64,000 nt of DNA from positions 1 to 64,000 of IMG/VR virus record IMGVR_UViG_3300035520_000781; one strand, 5' to 3'. Origin of the DNA: a virus. Its lineage: Duplodnaviria > Caudoviricetes. A model generated the notes under the pieces. It was not told the origin of the DNA. It was given only the letters and a program-made list of their open reading frames with translations, and made no database searches. Numbering within the stretch: the stretch's first letter is position 1; each line of letters starts with the position of its first letter. Made by a program: the position numbers and the translations under genes. Shown one piece after another: positions 16,966 through 26,537 of the stretch.

Positions 16966-16995
16966 AATACTACTATCTGTGAAGATAGTAGTATT
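16966..16995. terminator. GTGA-loop hairpin, copy 2; possible bidirectional terminator
   Basis: AATACTACTATCT-GTGA-AGATAGTAGTATT between convergent genes. Confidence 0.7.
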
Positions 16996-17008
16996 TGCCT
17001 TTTAGTAT

Positions 17009-17272
17009 TTAAGCTTCTTCAGTTTCAGAAACTTCTGCAACATTGTTTAAAGCATCTTCAAGAATTTTATCACTCTCTGCTTTCTTTTGCTCAAACCATT
17101 TTTCCTTTTCTGTTTTAAATTCAGAATATTCTTCAGTAGTTATAAGCTTCCAATTATCTTCACTGTCATTAACAGCAAGGAAAATCTTTTTAGCTAACAC
17201 TCTAAATTGAATTTCTACATCTTCTACCTGAGTATAATATTGATTCTCAGGTGCTTCTAAAGTTATAATCAT
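17009..17272 (-). CDS. putative fibre chaperone / accessory protein
   Basis: LEAPENQYYTQ...KIFLAVNDSEDNWKLIT; type recalled downstream of BspA-like genes in Bacteroidota phages. Confidence 0.55.
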   Translation of the reverse strand: MIITLEAPENQYYTQVEDVEIQFRVLAKKIFLAVNDSEDNWKLITTEEYSEFKTEKEKWFEQKKAESDKILEDALNNVAEVSETEEA

Positions 17273-17286
17273 AATATTTTAAGTTT

Positions 17287-18726
17287 TTAAGTATTAGATT
17301 CTACAATTGTGTAACCTTTAGCAGAGGCTTCTTGTACAAAAGAAGAATATCCAGCTGTTACTGCATTATAGGTATTTGTGGATAAAACAACTGTCCAAGA
17401 GGTTCTATTACTTCTATCTGCTGAATTAGTTACTATACTATCATATACTGATTGCACGGAATCTGTTGTAGTTCCCCAACTAGTAAGATTAGCAAAACTT
17501 GCTACTCTATTAGAACTATCAGAATTATAACCAAATCCAGTAAGGTTAAGTGTTTTTAAAGTATTAGAAACAAAGCAAGAGGGTAAAAATCCATTGGCAC
17601 TTGTACAATCTAAGGTTAAAGATTCCAAAAATTCGTGGGAAGGGGTAACAAAATTAGAAAAATCAGTTACACTATGGAGATTTACTTCTGCCCGAACTCC
17701 ACTGGGTAATACCCAAGTAACACCTCCAATAACCTTAGGAAGGTTCATATAAATATATATTACATTACCCTCTGCACCAGCTTCTTCAAACATCCTATAG
17801 GCATTGGTAGCATTAGGAGCATCAACATTGACATAACCATTCTTGCCGTTAAATGACATCAAGTCTTTATTATTACAAAGATAGCTTAAATTAACAGCAT
17901 TACTTAAGTCTATATCTGAAGGCTCATATAGTAAAGTGCAATCATAAAGTAAGTAACTATAGTTAGTAGCCTTAGGAGCATAAATCATAGGAAGGGTAGT
18001 CAAACTTTTACAACCCCTAAACATCCCTGAAATAGTAGTAGCCTCTGGTAAACTTATTTCAACAAGGCCACTAAAATTTAAGGAAAAACAATTAAAAAAA
18101 AGATTAGTAGCATTTGTTACATTTGGTAAATTAATATTACCTGTGGTAGTTAAGATTTGACAACGATTAAAAGTGCTAGAAACACTTGTAGCATTTTCCC
18201 AATAAATTTCTGGAAGAGTCTTCAGATTGGTTTTATAAAAGCAGTAATTAAAATTTTCTACTTTGCTATAATCCCAATTAGGCAGTTCCTCTATGCTAGT
18301 ATTATAAAACCCACAATCCATATTGGTTAATGCAGGAGTTGCATATGCAGGTACATACTTAAGGTTTTTAAGCCTAGTGGTTGTTGTTTGATTACTAACA
18401 GAGAAAGCTGTAGCATCATTAAAATAATTAGTAATTTCCTCAGTTTTTGGGAAATATACTACACCATCTTGAACAGAGGCTGGGTAAAGTACATTTTTTG
18501 CACTAAGTGTTAATTGTAAGCCTGCACTAGCTGCTATATCTGCCTTTAATTTATCATACAAAGTGCTATCATACCCAAGTACCTCATAAGGGTCTGTATC
18601 TATAACAGCTTCATCTACCTTAGTAGGATACTCTGAAAATTTATCCCCTACTTCAATACCTTTATTATTAAGAGCTGTTTTAAGCTCTTCCTTTATACTT
18701 AATATTTGTTCAGCTTTTTCTTTCAT
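17287..18726 (-). CDS. BspA/DUF285-like leucine-rich repeat protein (putative receptor binding)
   Basis: Repeats such as NATNLFFNCFSL, ISGMFRGCKSLTTLP, YSYLLYDCTLL; C-terminal AKGYTI. Confidence 0.75.
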   Translation of the reverse strand: MKEKAEQILSIKEELKTALNNKGIEVGDKFSEYPTKVDEAVIDTDPYEVLGYDSTLYDKLKADIAASAGLQLTLSAKNVLYPASVQDGVVYFPKTEEITNYFNDATAFSVSNQTTTTRLKNLKYVPAYATPALTNMDCGFYNTSIEELPNWDYSKVENFNYCFYKTNLKTLPEIYWENATSVSSTFNRCQILTTTGNINLPNVTNATNLFFNCFSLNFSGLVEISLPEATTISGMFRGCKSLTTLPMIYAPKATNYSYLLYDCTLLYEPSDIDLSNAVNLSYLCNNKDLMSFNGKNGYVNVDAPNATNAYRMFEEAGAEGNVIYIYMNLPKVIGGVTWVLPSGVRAEVNLHSVTDFSNFVTPSHEFLESLTLDCTSANGFLPSCFVSNTLKTLNLTGFGYNSDSSNRVASFANLTSWGTTTDSVQSVYDSIVTNSADRSNRTSWTVVLSTNTYNAVTAGYSSFVQEASAKGYTIVESNT

Positions 18727-18727
18727 A

Positions 18728-20029
18728 TTATCCTAAGACTTGAGTAAGTATTTTATCAGTTTCATCAATCTCAGTAGCTAAAGTAGCTCTATCTTCAACA
18801 AGAACAACTGAGTAGCCTTTATTATTCATAGTGGTTATATGGTCAGCAGTAAGACAGTTATAAGCATAAGGTGCTAATAATACTGTGCAAGTATCATAAC
18901 CAGCAGCTGCTCTATCAAAGCTACCATTAACCAAAGTTTCAATTACAGACTCTGATGGAGTGTATTTACAATAATCTTTATGGTCTCTTAAATAATAGTA
19001 TTCTTCATCATTGCCCCAAGCAAGTAATTCATTCATATAAGCCACCGTGCATTTTGAATTAGTACCAAACCCTCTAAAATAACAAGAGCTTAAAGTGTTA
19101 TTACCGTGGTTATATCCTGCATAAGTCCAACCTTCATAAAAACTTGCCATACCTGAAATATCAAAGAAATCAGTTACTGCTTCAAGATTACCACTTTCGT
19201 GAATTACTTGATAGGCATCTGAGCATTTAGGAATATTAATAGATTTAAGCCTGTTTACTCTACTAACATCATATAATTGATAACATTGTGTACATAGAGG
19301 TAAATCTATTTCACCATCAGTTTGTGAATAACTTAAATAGCCAGCCATTGTAACCTTAGGAAAATGCTCACTATCAATAGGGGGATATTCATTTAAAGAA
19401 GTACAGCCAATAAACAAACCCATTATAGTAAAAGAATTAGGAGCATATATCTCACCTACCTTTGAAAGCAGATAGCAATTTCTAAATACCCACTGTGTTT
19501 GTCGAGCAGCAGGAAAAGTAGTAGCAGGAAATTCCTTTAAATGAGAATATTGAAAGGCTTGATTCATTAAAGTACAAGCACTATAGTCAATATCCTTAGG
19601 CGGTGTTTCTATTGCTGTACTATCAAATAGGCTCATCATATAAGTAGGGGCAAAGCCCTTAGGCCATTGGACATACTTAAGTTTAGGAAAACCATTTTTT
19701 TCCCCAAATGTAATAGAATTACAGCCTTCAGGTACTGTAATCTCAGGGAAATATACTACATCATCATCTCCATCAAAGTGAGCAATTACGTGATTACCAT
19801 AAGCATTAAACTTTTCTATTGTGTATGTAAGCTCCTTATTACTATTCTTAATATCCTGTTTAAGTTCTTCCCACAGAGTACTATCATAACCTAAATCTTC
19901 CCAAGGATTAAAGTTATCAACAGCAGTAGGGTAATCCTCAAATTTATCTCCTACCTTTATCCCCTGGTTATTCAGAGATTCCTTGAGGTTATTCTTGATT
20001 TCTATAATCTTATCTACTTTTTTTATCAT
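18728..20029 (-). CDS. BspA/DUF285-like leucine-rich repeat protein (paralogue)
   Basis: VFRNCYLL, LFIGCTSL; N-terminus shared with the 17287 ORF. Confidence 0.75.
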   Translation of the reverse strand: MIKKVDKIIEIKNNLKESLNNQGIKVGDKFEDYPTAVDNFNPWEDLGYDSTLWEELKQDIKNSNKELTYTIEKFNAYGNHVIAHFDGDDDVVYFPEITVPEGCNSITFGEKNGFPKLKYVQWPKGFAPTYMMSLFDSTAIETPPKDIDYSACTLMNQAFQYSHLKEFPATTFPAARQTQWVFRNCYLLSKVGEIYAPNSFTIMGLFIGCTSLNEYPPIDSEHFPKVTMAGYLSYSQTDGEIDLPLCTQCYQLYDVSRVNRLKSINIPKCSDAYQVIHESGNLEAVTDFFDISGMASFYEGWTYAGYNHGNNTLSSCYFRGFGTNSKCTVAYMNELLAWGNDEEYYYLRDHKDYCKYTPSESVIETLVNGSFDRAAAGYDTCTVLLAPYAYNCLTADHITTMNNKGYSVVLVEDRATLATEIDETDKILTQVLG

Positions 20030-20241
20030 ACTCCAAGAATAATATCAAGTTTACTATCTACAGTTTCTAAAGTTGATACTCTCTTTTCTAAATCAGAAAT
20101 AGCAGTATCTTCAGAAGAATCATTTCCCCCAGAAATAGCTTTCCAACCATTTTTCCAATATCTTAATACTCCATTATTAAGCCATAATGTGTAAGGACTT
20201 TTTGGCATGTGCTTGGAATATTCAATATAATTAATTCTCAT
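20026..20241 (-). CDS. putative fibre adaptor
   Basis: LWLNNGVLRYWKNGWKAISGG followed by a short coiled coil. Confidence 0.6.
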   Translation of the reverse strand: MRINYIEYSKHMPKSPYTLWLNNGVLRYWKNGWKAISGGNDSSEDTAISDLEKRVSTLETVDSKLDIILGV

Positions 20242-20276
20242 AATATTATTAATTAATAAATCATTTATGTTGAGTG

Positions 20277-20284
20277 CAAAGATA
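20277..20284 (-). promoter_or_regulatory. Bacteroidota-type promoter for the LRR cassette
   Basis: TATCTTTG. Confidence 0.65.
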
Positions 20285-20340
20285 TATAAAATTAATAGAT
20301 TATGAAATAGCTAAAGTGTTTTTGTAATTAACATATAAAT

Positions 20341-20412
20341 GCTCTCATAGTTAAAAGGATATAACATTTCCCTCCTAAGGAAAAATTCCCGGTTCGAGTC
20401 TGGGTGGGAGTA
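20341..20412 (+). tRNA. tRNA-Arg(CCT)
   Basis: TTTCC-CTCCTAA-GGAAA; CCCGG-TTCGAGT-CTGGG. Confidence 0.93.
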
Positions 20413-20442
20413 CTAAATAAACTTAACTAACAATACTAAACA

Positions 20443-20766
20443 ATGTCACATTCAAGAATCAGATGGACTAGTGAAGAAGATGCAATCTTAGTCCAGGCAG
20501 TAAAAGCTAATCTTCACAACAGAGCACAGGCATTTAGAGAGGCTGAAACAAGACTTCCTCTAAGAACTGCATTGGCTTGTCAATTTAGATGGTATGATGT
20601 TTTAGGTAATCCTAAGCATGAGAAGTATGTAGGTTGTTTGTTTACTTTGGTAGGACAAGCAACTAAACTTGATAACAGAAGTTGTTATAAAGAGCATTAT
20701 TCTGTTGCTCCAAATAAAGTTAAAAGAGGTATTTGGAGTAAGATTAAGAAACTATTAGGACTGTAA
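20443..20766 (+). CDS. Myb/SANT-like (RsfA-like) DNA-binding protein
   Basis: RWTSEEDAILVQAV...RTALACQFRWY. Confidence 0.75.
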   Translation: MSHSRIRWTSEEDAILVQAVKANLHNRAQAFREAETRLPLRTALACQFRWYDVLGNPKHEKYVGCLFTLVGQATKLDNRSCYKEHYSVAPNKVKRGIWSKIKKLLGL

Positions 20767-20860
20767 ATAGTGATTAGTGTAAGTGATATAACTCCTCAGG
20801 ATATTCTACCAAAGAATATTCTTGAGGAGTTTATTATTAAACCTGTAATAGTAAGTAAAA

Positions 20861-21073
20861 ATGAAAGTATCAGAACTAATAAACATACTATACAAAGTTA
20901 ATGGTAATGCAGAAGTTAGATTTGGAACTAATGCAGCACCAGAGAAAGAAGTAACTTTAGTACTTGAGACAACATCTTATAATGAAAATGCCTCTTATGA
21001 TAAAAAGAAAGTAGGAGCTATTCTGCCAGAATACATAGTGTATTTAAATAGAATAGACCTCCTTACTAAATAA
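20861..21073 (+). CDS. hypothetical protein
   Basis: MKVSELINIL-type phage ORF. Confidence 0.7.
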   Translation: MKVSELINILYKVNGNAEVRFGTNAAPEKEVTLVLETTSYNENASYDKKKVGAILPEYIVYLNRIDLLTK

Positions 21074-21088
21074 ACATGTGTTGAAAAA

Positions 21089-21149
21089 GAGATGATAAGT
21101 TTGGATGCCATTAAATTGGTTGTAGGTTCGACTCCTACATCATCTCCCA
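21089..21149 (+). ncRNA. tRNA-like mini-RNA with CCA
   Basis: GAGATGAT/ATCATCTC-CCA; GTAGG-TTCGACT-CCTAC. Confidence 0.6.
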
Positions 21150-21190
21150 TATGTGCCATTATGTTGTTATTTAACCTCCTTTGTGAGGAT

Positions 21191-21249
21191 TGGGTAGAAA
21201 GGTTTAAATAGTGATATTTAAGTAGGTTCAATTCCTACCTACCCAACCA
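21191..21249 (+). ncRNA. tRNA-like mini-RNA with CCA
   Basis: TGGGTAG/CTACCCA-A-CCA; TTAAATA-GTGA-TATTTAA; GTAGG-TTCAATT-CCTAC. Confidence 0.65.
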
Positions 21250-21250
21250 T

Positions 21251-21496
21251 AGGATAAACTCAGAGTAGGGTCTCCTGCCCTCCCTTGCAACCCAATAGAC
21301 TTTCATATTCTAGACACTGTAGATTGTGCGGGTTTACTTACAATGAAAGGGTGCGCAAATAATTAGTTGTAAGAGTGGTGATTTATTGATTCTTAGATTC
21401 AACAATCATAGTTGATTAAATGATGTTGTTTGATTTGTACCTTTTGTTGATGTAGAAGATATAATAACCAGGCAGTATTGAGTTTATCCTTTTTTT
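21251..21496 (+). ncRNA. candidate ~240 nt structured RNA
   Basis: Perfect 12 bp terminal inverted repeat AGGATAAACTCA/TGAGTTTATCCT, inner CTGCC/GGCAG, then a T tract. Confidence 0.45.
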
Positions 21497-21519
21497 GAAA
21501 CTATTCTATTTTTAAATAT

Positions 21520-21894
21520 ATGGTAGAACCAAAAGTAAGACTTAGCTTGACAATTCCAGGAGCTGTCATGTTGAGCTCGCAGGACTGCGAAAAAATGTCA
21601 CAAAAAGAAGCCTATGACTATCAAAAACTTGAAGTTATTGATGGGCCAGGTAAAGGTAAAGACAAAGTGAAGAGAGAAACTCTTCATATTTATACAAGAA
21701 AGTCTCGACCTGCTACTCAGAGTATTTCAATTAGTAAAGAAGCATATGATTTTATGCTTGACCATTGGACTACTCCTAAACTTGCAAAGACTTGGAAACT
21801 GATGTCTATAAAACAGAAGTTAGATAGTCATTTTGCTATTATAGCAGCACACTTTAATGCAAGCTCTTTTAGTTACGAAATATTGGAAGATTAG
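21520..21894 (+). CDS. hypothetical protein
   Basis: 124 aa ORF. Confidence 0.75.
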   Translation: MVEPKVRLSLTIPGAVMLSSQDCEKMSQKEAYDYQKLEVIDGPGKGKDKVKRETLHIYTRKSRPATQSISISKEAYDFMLDHWTTPKLAKTWKLMSIKQKLDSHFAIIAAHFNASSFSYEILED

Positions 21895-22112
21895 TTATAA
21901 GTTTGTTAGGTAAAAGTATGGGGAATGTGATATTTCCCATACTTTATTTACATTAATAATTATGAAACAATCACTAACTAAAATATATGAGTACATAAAG
22001 AATGCTACTATAGGAATAATTGCTATATGTTTTGTAATATTTGAGTTTATATTAACAATAGCAGTAGAAGTAGGAATATTAATTTTAATTTTAAAAACCA
22101 TTAAACTTTAAC

Positions 22113-22319
22113 ATGAAAACTGTGATTATATTAACCCTTCTTATTGTCTTTGTAGTATATCTCATTTTTGAATACTTTGACCCTTATCTTGAGATAATTA
22201 GAATAGACCATGATGACTGTACAGAGTATAAACATATAATGTGGTATTCTTGTAAAGATGATGGAAGAGAATGGATAAAACTATATTCAATAAAAATAAA
22301 GAAACATGACAAGAGATGA
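22113..22319 (+). CDS. small membrane protein
   Basis: N-terminal TM segment. Confidence 0.6.
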   Translation: MKTVIILTLLIVFVVYLIFEYFDPYLEIIRIDHDDCTEYKHIMWYSCKDDGREWIKLYSIKIKKHDKR

Positions 22320-23490
22320 AATACTTCAAGAAATATTAGCTTTACAAGGAGATAATTGGCTATTAGAATTAGCAACAGGAACAGGAAAGTCTAAACTTGC
22401 CCTTGAGTTAATTAAAAATCATTCCAATAATAAAGGTAAACTATTAATAGTTGTTCCAAGGAATGTACTTAAAGCCAATTGGCAAAATGAAATAAAGAAA
22501 TGGTGGCCTAATTGTAAAATGCATATAGAATATGTAACTTATGTTTCCTTCCATAAAATGTTAGGACATTGGGACTTTGCAATATTTGATGAGGCTCATC
22601 ATACTACACAAAGAGTTAGAAGTGCTTTAAAAACCTTGGTTGGAATTGACCACTCTATTCTTTGTTCAGCAACTATATCAAAGAATCTTCTTTTTGAATT
22701 ATCTTTACTATTTCCTAATTTAGCCACTTATAAGAAAGATTTAAGGGATGTAATTAATGATAATATATTACCTGACCCAAAGGTATATTTATTACCACTA
22801 CAATTAGAGTTTAAGAAACCTACTGAAACTATTTATAAGAATAAAAAAGCAAAGGGAACACCAATAGAATGTGGATGGGCAACAAGATGGAATTATTTAA
22901 AGCAGAAGGAACATCCTGTAATTATTAGATGTACTGAATTTCAGTATTATACAGACCTTTCAAGTCAAATAGAGTATTGGAAGAAGAGATATTTAAGTAG
23001 AAAATCAGAAATAGCTAAAAATAAATGGCTTAGATTGTGTGGAGATAGATTGAAATGGCTTAGTGATAAGAAATTTCAATATGTGGTAAGTATTTTACGT
23101 AAAGTAAATAAATATAGAACATTAACATTCTGTAATAGTATAGAACAGACTGAGAAGTTAGGTAAATTCTGTATTAATAGTAAAAATCCTAAGTCTTTAG
23201 AGTATTTAGAATATTTTAATAATGGAACAATTGACCACATAACAGCTTGTAATATGGTCAATGAGGGAATGAATTTAACTAATTGTCAGGTAGGTATTTA
23301 TGCAAATTTAAATAGTTCTGAAGCAATTATTAAACAAAGGATGGGAAGATTATTAAGACACCCTAATCCTGTTATTATAATCCCATATTATAAAAACACA
23401 CGAGAGGAAGAATTAGTAAAGGTGATGCTTGAAGATTATAATCCTAGTTTAGTAACTGTAATATCAAATGAAAATGACATAAAAATATGA
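22306..23490 (+). CDS. SF2 (DEAH-type) helicase
   Basis: ATGTGKS, DEAHH, SAT, QRMGRLLR. Confidence 0.92.
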   Translation: MTRDEILQEILALQGDNWLLELATGTGKSKLALELIKNHSNNKGKLLIVVPRNVLKANWQNEIKKWWPNCKMHIEYVTYVSFHKMLGHWDFAIFDEAHHTTQRVRSALKTLVGIDHSILCSATISKNLLFELSLLFPNLATYKKDLRDVINDNILPDPKVYLLPLQLEFKKPTETIYKNKKAKGTPIECGWATRWNYLKQKEHPVIIRCTEFQYYTDLSSQIEYWKKRYLSRKSEIAKNKWLRLCGDRLKWLSDKKFQYVVSILRKVNKYRTLTFCNSIEQTEKLGKFCINSKNPKSLEYLEYFNNGTIDHITACNMVNEGMNLTNCQVGIYANLNSSEAIIKQRMGRLLRHPNPVIIIPYYKNTREEELVKVMLEDYNPSLVTVISNENDIKI

Positions 23491-24092
23491 AATTAACAAT
23501 AGATGAAGATTCCTTTAAAAAGGTAGGGATTTCCATCCCAGAAGCTTTAATGATTCTTTTAATAAAAACAGGTGTAACTATAAGTGACCTTATAAAAGAG
23601 ATGAAAGAAAAGCAAATTATAGTGGAGGAAAACTCTCTTATGGGAAAATCTTTACTGGTAACCCAGAGATGGAATGACCTTTGTGATAGTGCCTTACTAA
23701 ATGCAGAAGATAATATCCCAAAAGGAGAAAAACTATCTACATTGGCAAGAGCACTTATGGATTGTTTTCCAGAAGGAAGAAAAGAGGGAACTAGTCAATA
23801 TTGGAGAGGAAATATTAGAGATATTACTCTTAAATTACAAAAGTTCTTTAAACTTTATGGAAATAAATATACTGATGAACAATTGATTAATGCAACTAAA
23901 AGGTATGTAACTTCCTTTAATGGAAGGTATCAATTTATGAGAGTACTTAAATATTTTATTTGTAAAAATGAAAAGAAAGTAGACTCAGAGGGCATTAATT
24001 ATATTGAGGAAGTTTCAGACTTAGCTGCTTATATAGAAAATGAGGGGCATGAAAAGTCCCTTAAAGATGATTGGATGAGTACAATGGTATGA
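23487..24092 (+). CDS. hypothetical replication-associated protein
   Basis: 201 aa, coupled between two helicases. Confidence 0.65.
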   Translation: MKLTIDEDSFKKVGISIPEALMILLIKTGVTISDLIKEMKEKQIIVEENSLMGKSLLVTQRWNDLCDSALLNAEDNIPKGEKLSTLARALMDCFPEGRKEGTSQYWRGNIRDITLKLQKFFKLYGNKYTDEQLINATKRYVTSFNGRYQFMRVLKYFICKNEKKVDSEGINYIEEVSDLAAYIENEGHEKSLKDDWMSTMV

Positions 24093-26537
24093 GTTATTTT
24101 AATGAAGTATTATCTTATTTAAAAGATAAAAGAGAAAGAGCATTAAGTGGCCTATATAATTGTATTCCTTGGCCATTTCCAAGATTTAGATTGCTATTTC
24201 CAGGAACTCAGATGGGCAGGTATATTATATGCACTGCTAATCAAAAAATTGGTAAAACTAAATTCTGTGATTTTATTTATGTATATGAAGCAATTGACTT
24301 CATTATAAAACATCCTGAAGTTAGACTTAAAGTATTGTATTTTTGCCTTGAAGAGAGTCCAAGAAAGAAGTATATAGAATTTCTATGTCATCTTTTGTAT
24401 AGGCTTGACCATTTAATTGTTACTAACACTGATATTGAAAGTACTGATAAAGATAATCCTATATCAGAAGAAGTGCTTAATTTATTAGAAACAGAGAAGT
24501 ATCAAACTTATATTAGAAAATTCAATGAAACTGTTACTTACATTGATGACATTAGAAATCCCACGGGAATCAATAAAAGATGTAGAGAAGAAGCTTTGGA
24601 GCATGGGCATTTAAATTTTAAAACTATACAAGCACCAAACCAAGTAACAGGCAAACTTGAAGATAGAAAAGTTGTAGATACTGTTAATCCTTACACTCCA
24701 AATGATTCTGAGGAGTATAGAATTATAATTCTTGACAATGCTTCAAACTTAGCTCAAGAAAGTGGTTTAAGTAAAAGAGAAACCATTGAGAAAATGTCAA
24801 AGTATTTTATTACTTTGAGAGACCAGCTTAAATATACTATAGTGATGATCCAGCATCAGTCTCAGGACAAAGAGGGTAATGAATCATTTAAACTTAATAG
24901 AATCAAACCCACCTCAGATGGCCTTGCTGATGCAAAAACCACAACCCGAGATAGCCAACTATATCATATATTACAACTGTATTTATAGTATTGCACAAAC
25001 CAAAATTTAATATTATCTTTGCCCAGTAATTAAATAAAAAGATTATGGGAAAAACTACAGAGAAAATTACTAATTCAATGAAAGATAAACTTATATCTTT
25101 ATATGAAGAAGGTAAAATGGATACTGAAATTGCAAAGATTTTAAATGTTTCGAGGAGTGCAATATATTATTGGAGAAAACAGTTAGATTTAAAAACAAAG
25201 TTTACTTACGATAAAATATCAAAAATAAACAATAAAAAGTTTGAAGAGCTTTTTAATAAGGGATTAAGTGATAAAATAATAGCAGAGAAATTAAATATGT
25301 CTCCTGATGGAATTTATTCACATAGAATGAGATATAATTACAAAAGAGAGAATTTAAATAGAAATAAAGCTATTAAATTATCAGAATTTCAAAAACAAGT
25401 TTTAATAGGAACATTATTAGGTGATAGCTCTTTAATAAAAAGAGGAAATCAAAATACTAAAATTTCATGTGAGCATTGCATTGCTCAAAAAGAATATTGT
25501 GAATATAAAACTAAAATATTTGAAAGTTTAGGAGCAAAATGCTATTACGCTGAAAGAAAAACAGTTGATAAAAGAAATAACAAATTATATAAAAGTTACG
25601 TAATGTCTGTTCCTGCAAATCCTGAATTAAATGATTGGAAAAATTTATTTTATATAAATAAAAAGAAAGTAATTCCTTTTAATTTATTCAATAATTTTAC
25701 TGAGGTATCTCTAGCTTTTATGTATATGGATGATGGCAGTAAAACTACTAATGGATATACTATAAGTACTAACTGTTTTAATAAAGAGGAGCTATTACAA
25801 TTTAGAAAATTTTTATTTAATAAATTTAATATAGAAACTTCTTTATTTAAAAGAAATGTGCTATATATAAGAGCCATAAGTAAAAATACCTTTACTAAAT
25901 TAATTTCTCCTTACTTTTGTAATTGTATGAAATACAAATTACATAGTGTCTCGTAACTTCGTGAATCTGGGAAAACCATAGTTATTACATGGTAACCCTT
26001 ATCCAAGCTATATAGTAATATATAGAAGGAACAACGACTAGTAGATACTTTCCTAACAAGTGGTGTTGAGGAAAATGAACTACCAAGAGTGCGGAGCTAT
26101 AGCCTATATATACCAATATTTAGTGGTTATAGAAGAGATAGTCTGAACTGTATATAATACATAAAATACAGAAATACAAGATAAAGAGCTTGTATGATAA
26201 CAATTTGGCTAACATGGTGATAGGATTGTATAGTCCATTTAAGTATGGTTTAACAGAGTATGAAGGATATGATATTACTAAATTTAAGAACCATATTAGA
26301 TTTATGGAAATTCTTGAAGATAGAGATTATGGTGCCAATGGTAATATATGTCCTCTTTACTTTGATGGAGCAGTTTCTACATTTTCAGAATTGCCAAGAG
26401 CTAATGATGTACAAGCAATGCAAAGAGTATATAACTTTCTCGAAGAAAAGAAGTTAAAGAAAAGGTCTTGGACAACATTAACAACATTTAGTAATCTATT
26501 TTTATTAATAACAACAAAATTTAAGAAACATGATTGA
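24089..26537 (+). CDS. dnaB: DnaB-like replicative helicase, intron-split (exons 24089-24952 and 26208-26537)
   Basis: Walker A ANQKIGKT, IILD, IQHQ; in-frame splice restores TTRD|ANMVIGLYSP. Confidence 0.88.
24953..26207 (+). mobile_element. group I intron in dnaB
   Basis: Exon end CGAGAT pairs with IGS GTCTCG; P7 ACGACTA/TAGTC; P3 CTTCGT/GCGGAG; terminal G at 26207. Confidence 0.9.
25045..25956 (+). CDS. LAGLIDADG homing endonuclease with N-terminal HTH repeats
   Basis: VLIGTLLGDSSL and SLAFMYMDDGS; internal promoter TATCTTTG at 25014-25021. Confidence 0.92.
   Translation: MGKTTEKITNSMKDKLISLYEEGKMDTEIAKILNVSRSAIYYWRKQLDLKTKFTYDKISKINNKKFEELFNKGLSDKIIAEKLNMSPDGIYSHRMRYNYKRENLNRNKAIKLSEFQKQVLIGTLLGDSSLIKRGNQNTKISCEHCIAQKEYCEYKTKIFESLGAKCYYAERKTVDKRNNKLYKSYVMSVPANPELNDWKNLFYINKKKVIPFNLFNNFTEVSLAFMYMDDGSKTTNGYTISTNCFNKEELLQFRKFLFNKFNIETSLFKRNVLYIRAISKNTFTKLISPYFCNCMKYKLHSVS

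Noticed and set aside
17287-20029. Diversity-generating retroelement acting on the LRR genes
   Set aside because: No reverse transcriptase and no adenine-mismatched TR/VR pair seen in the window
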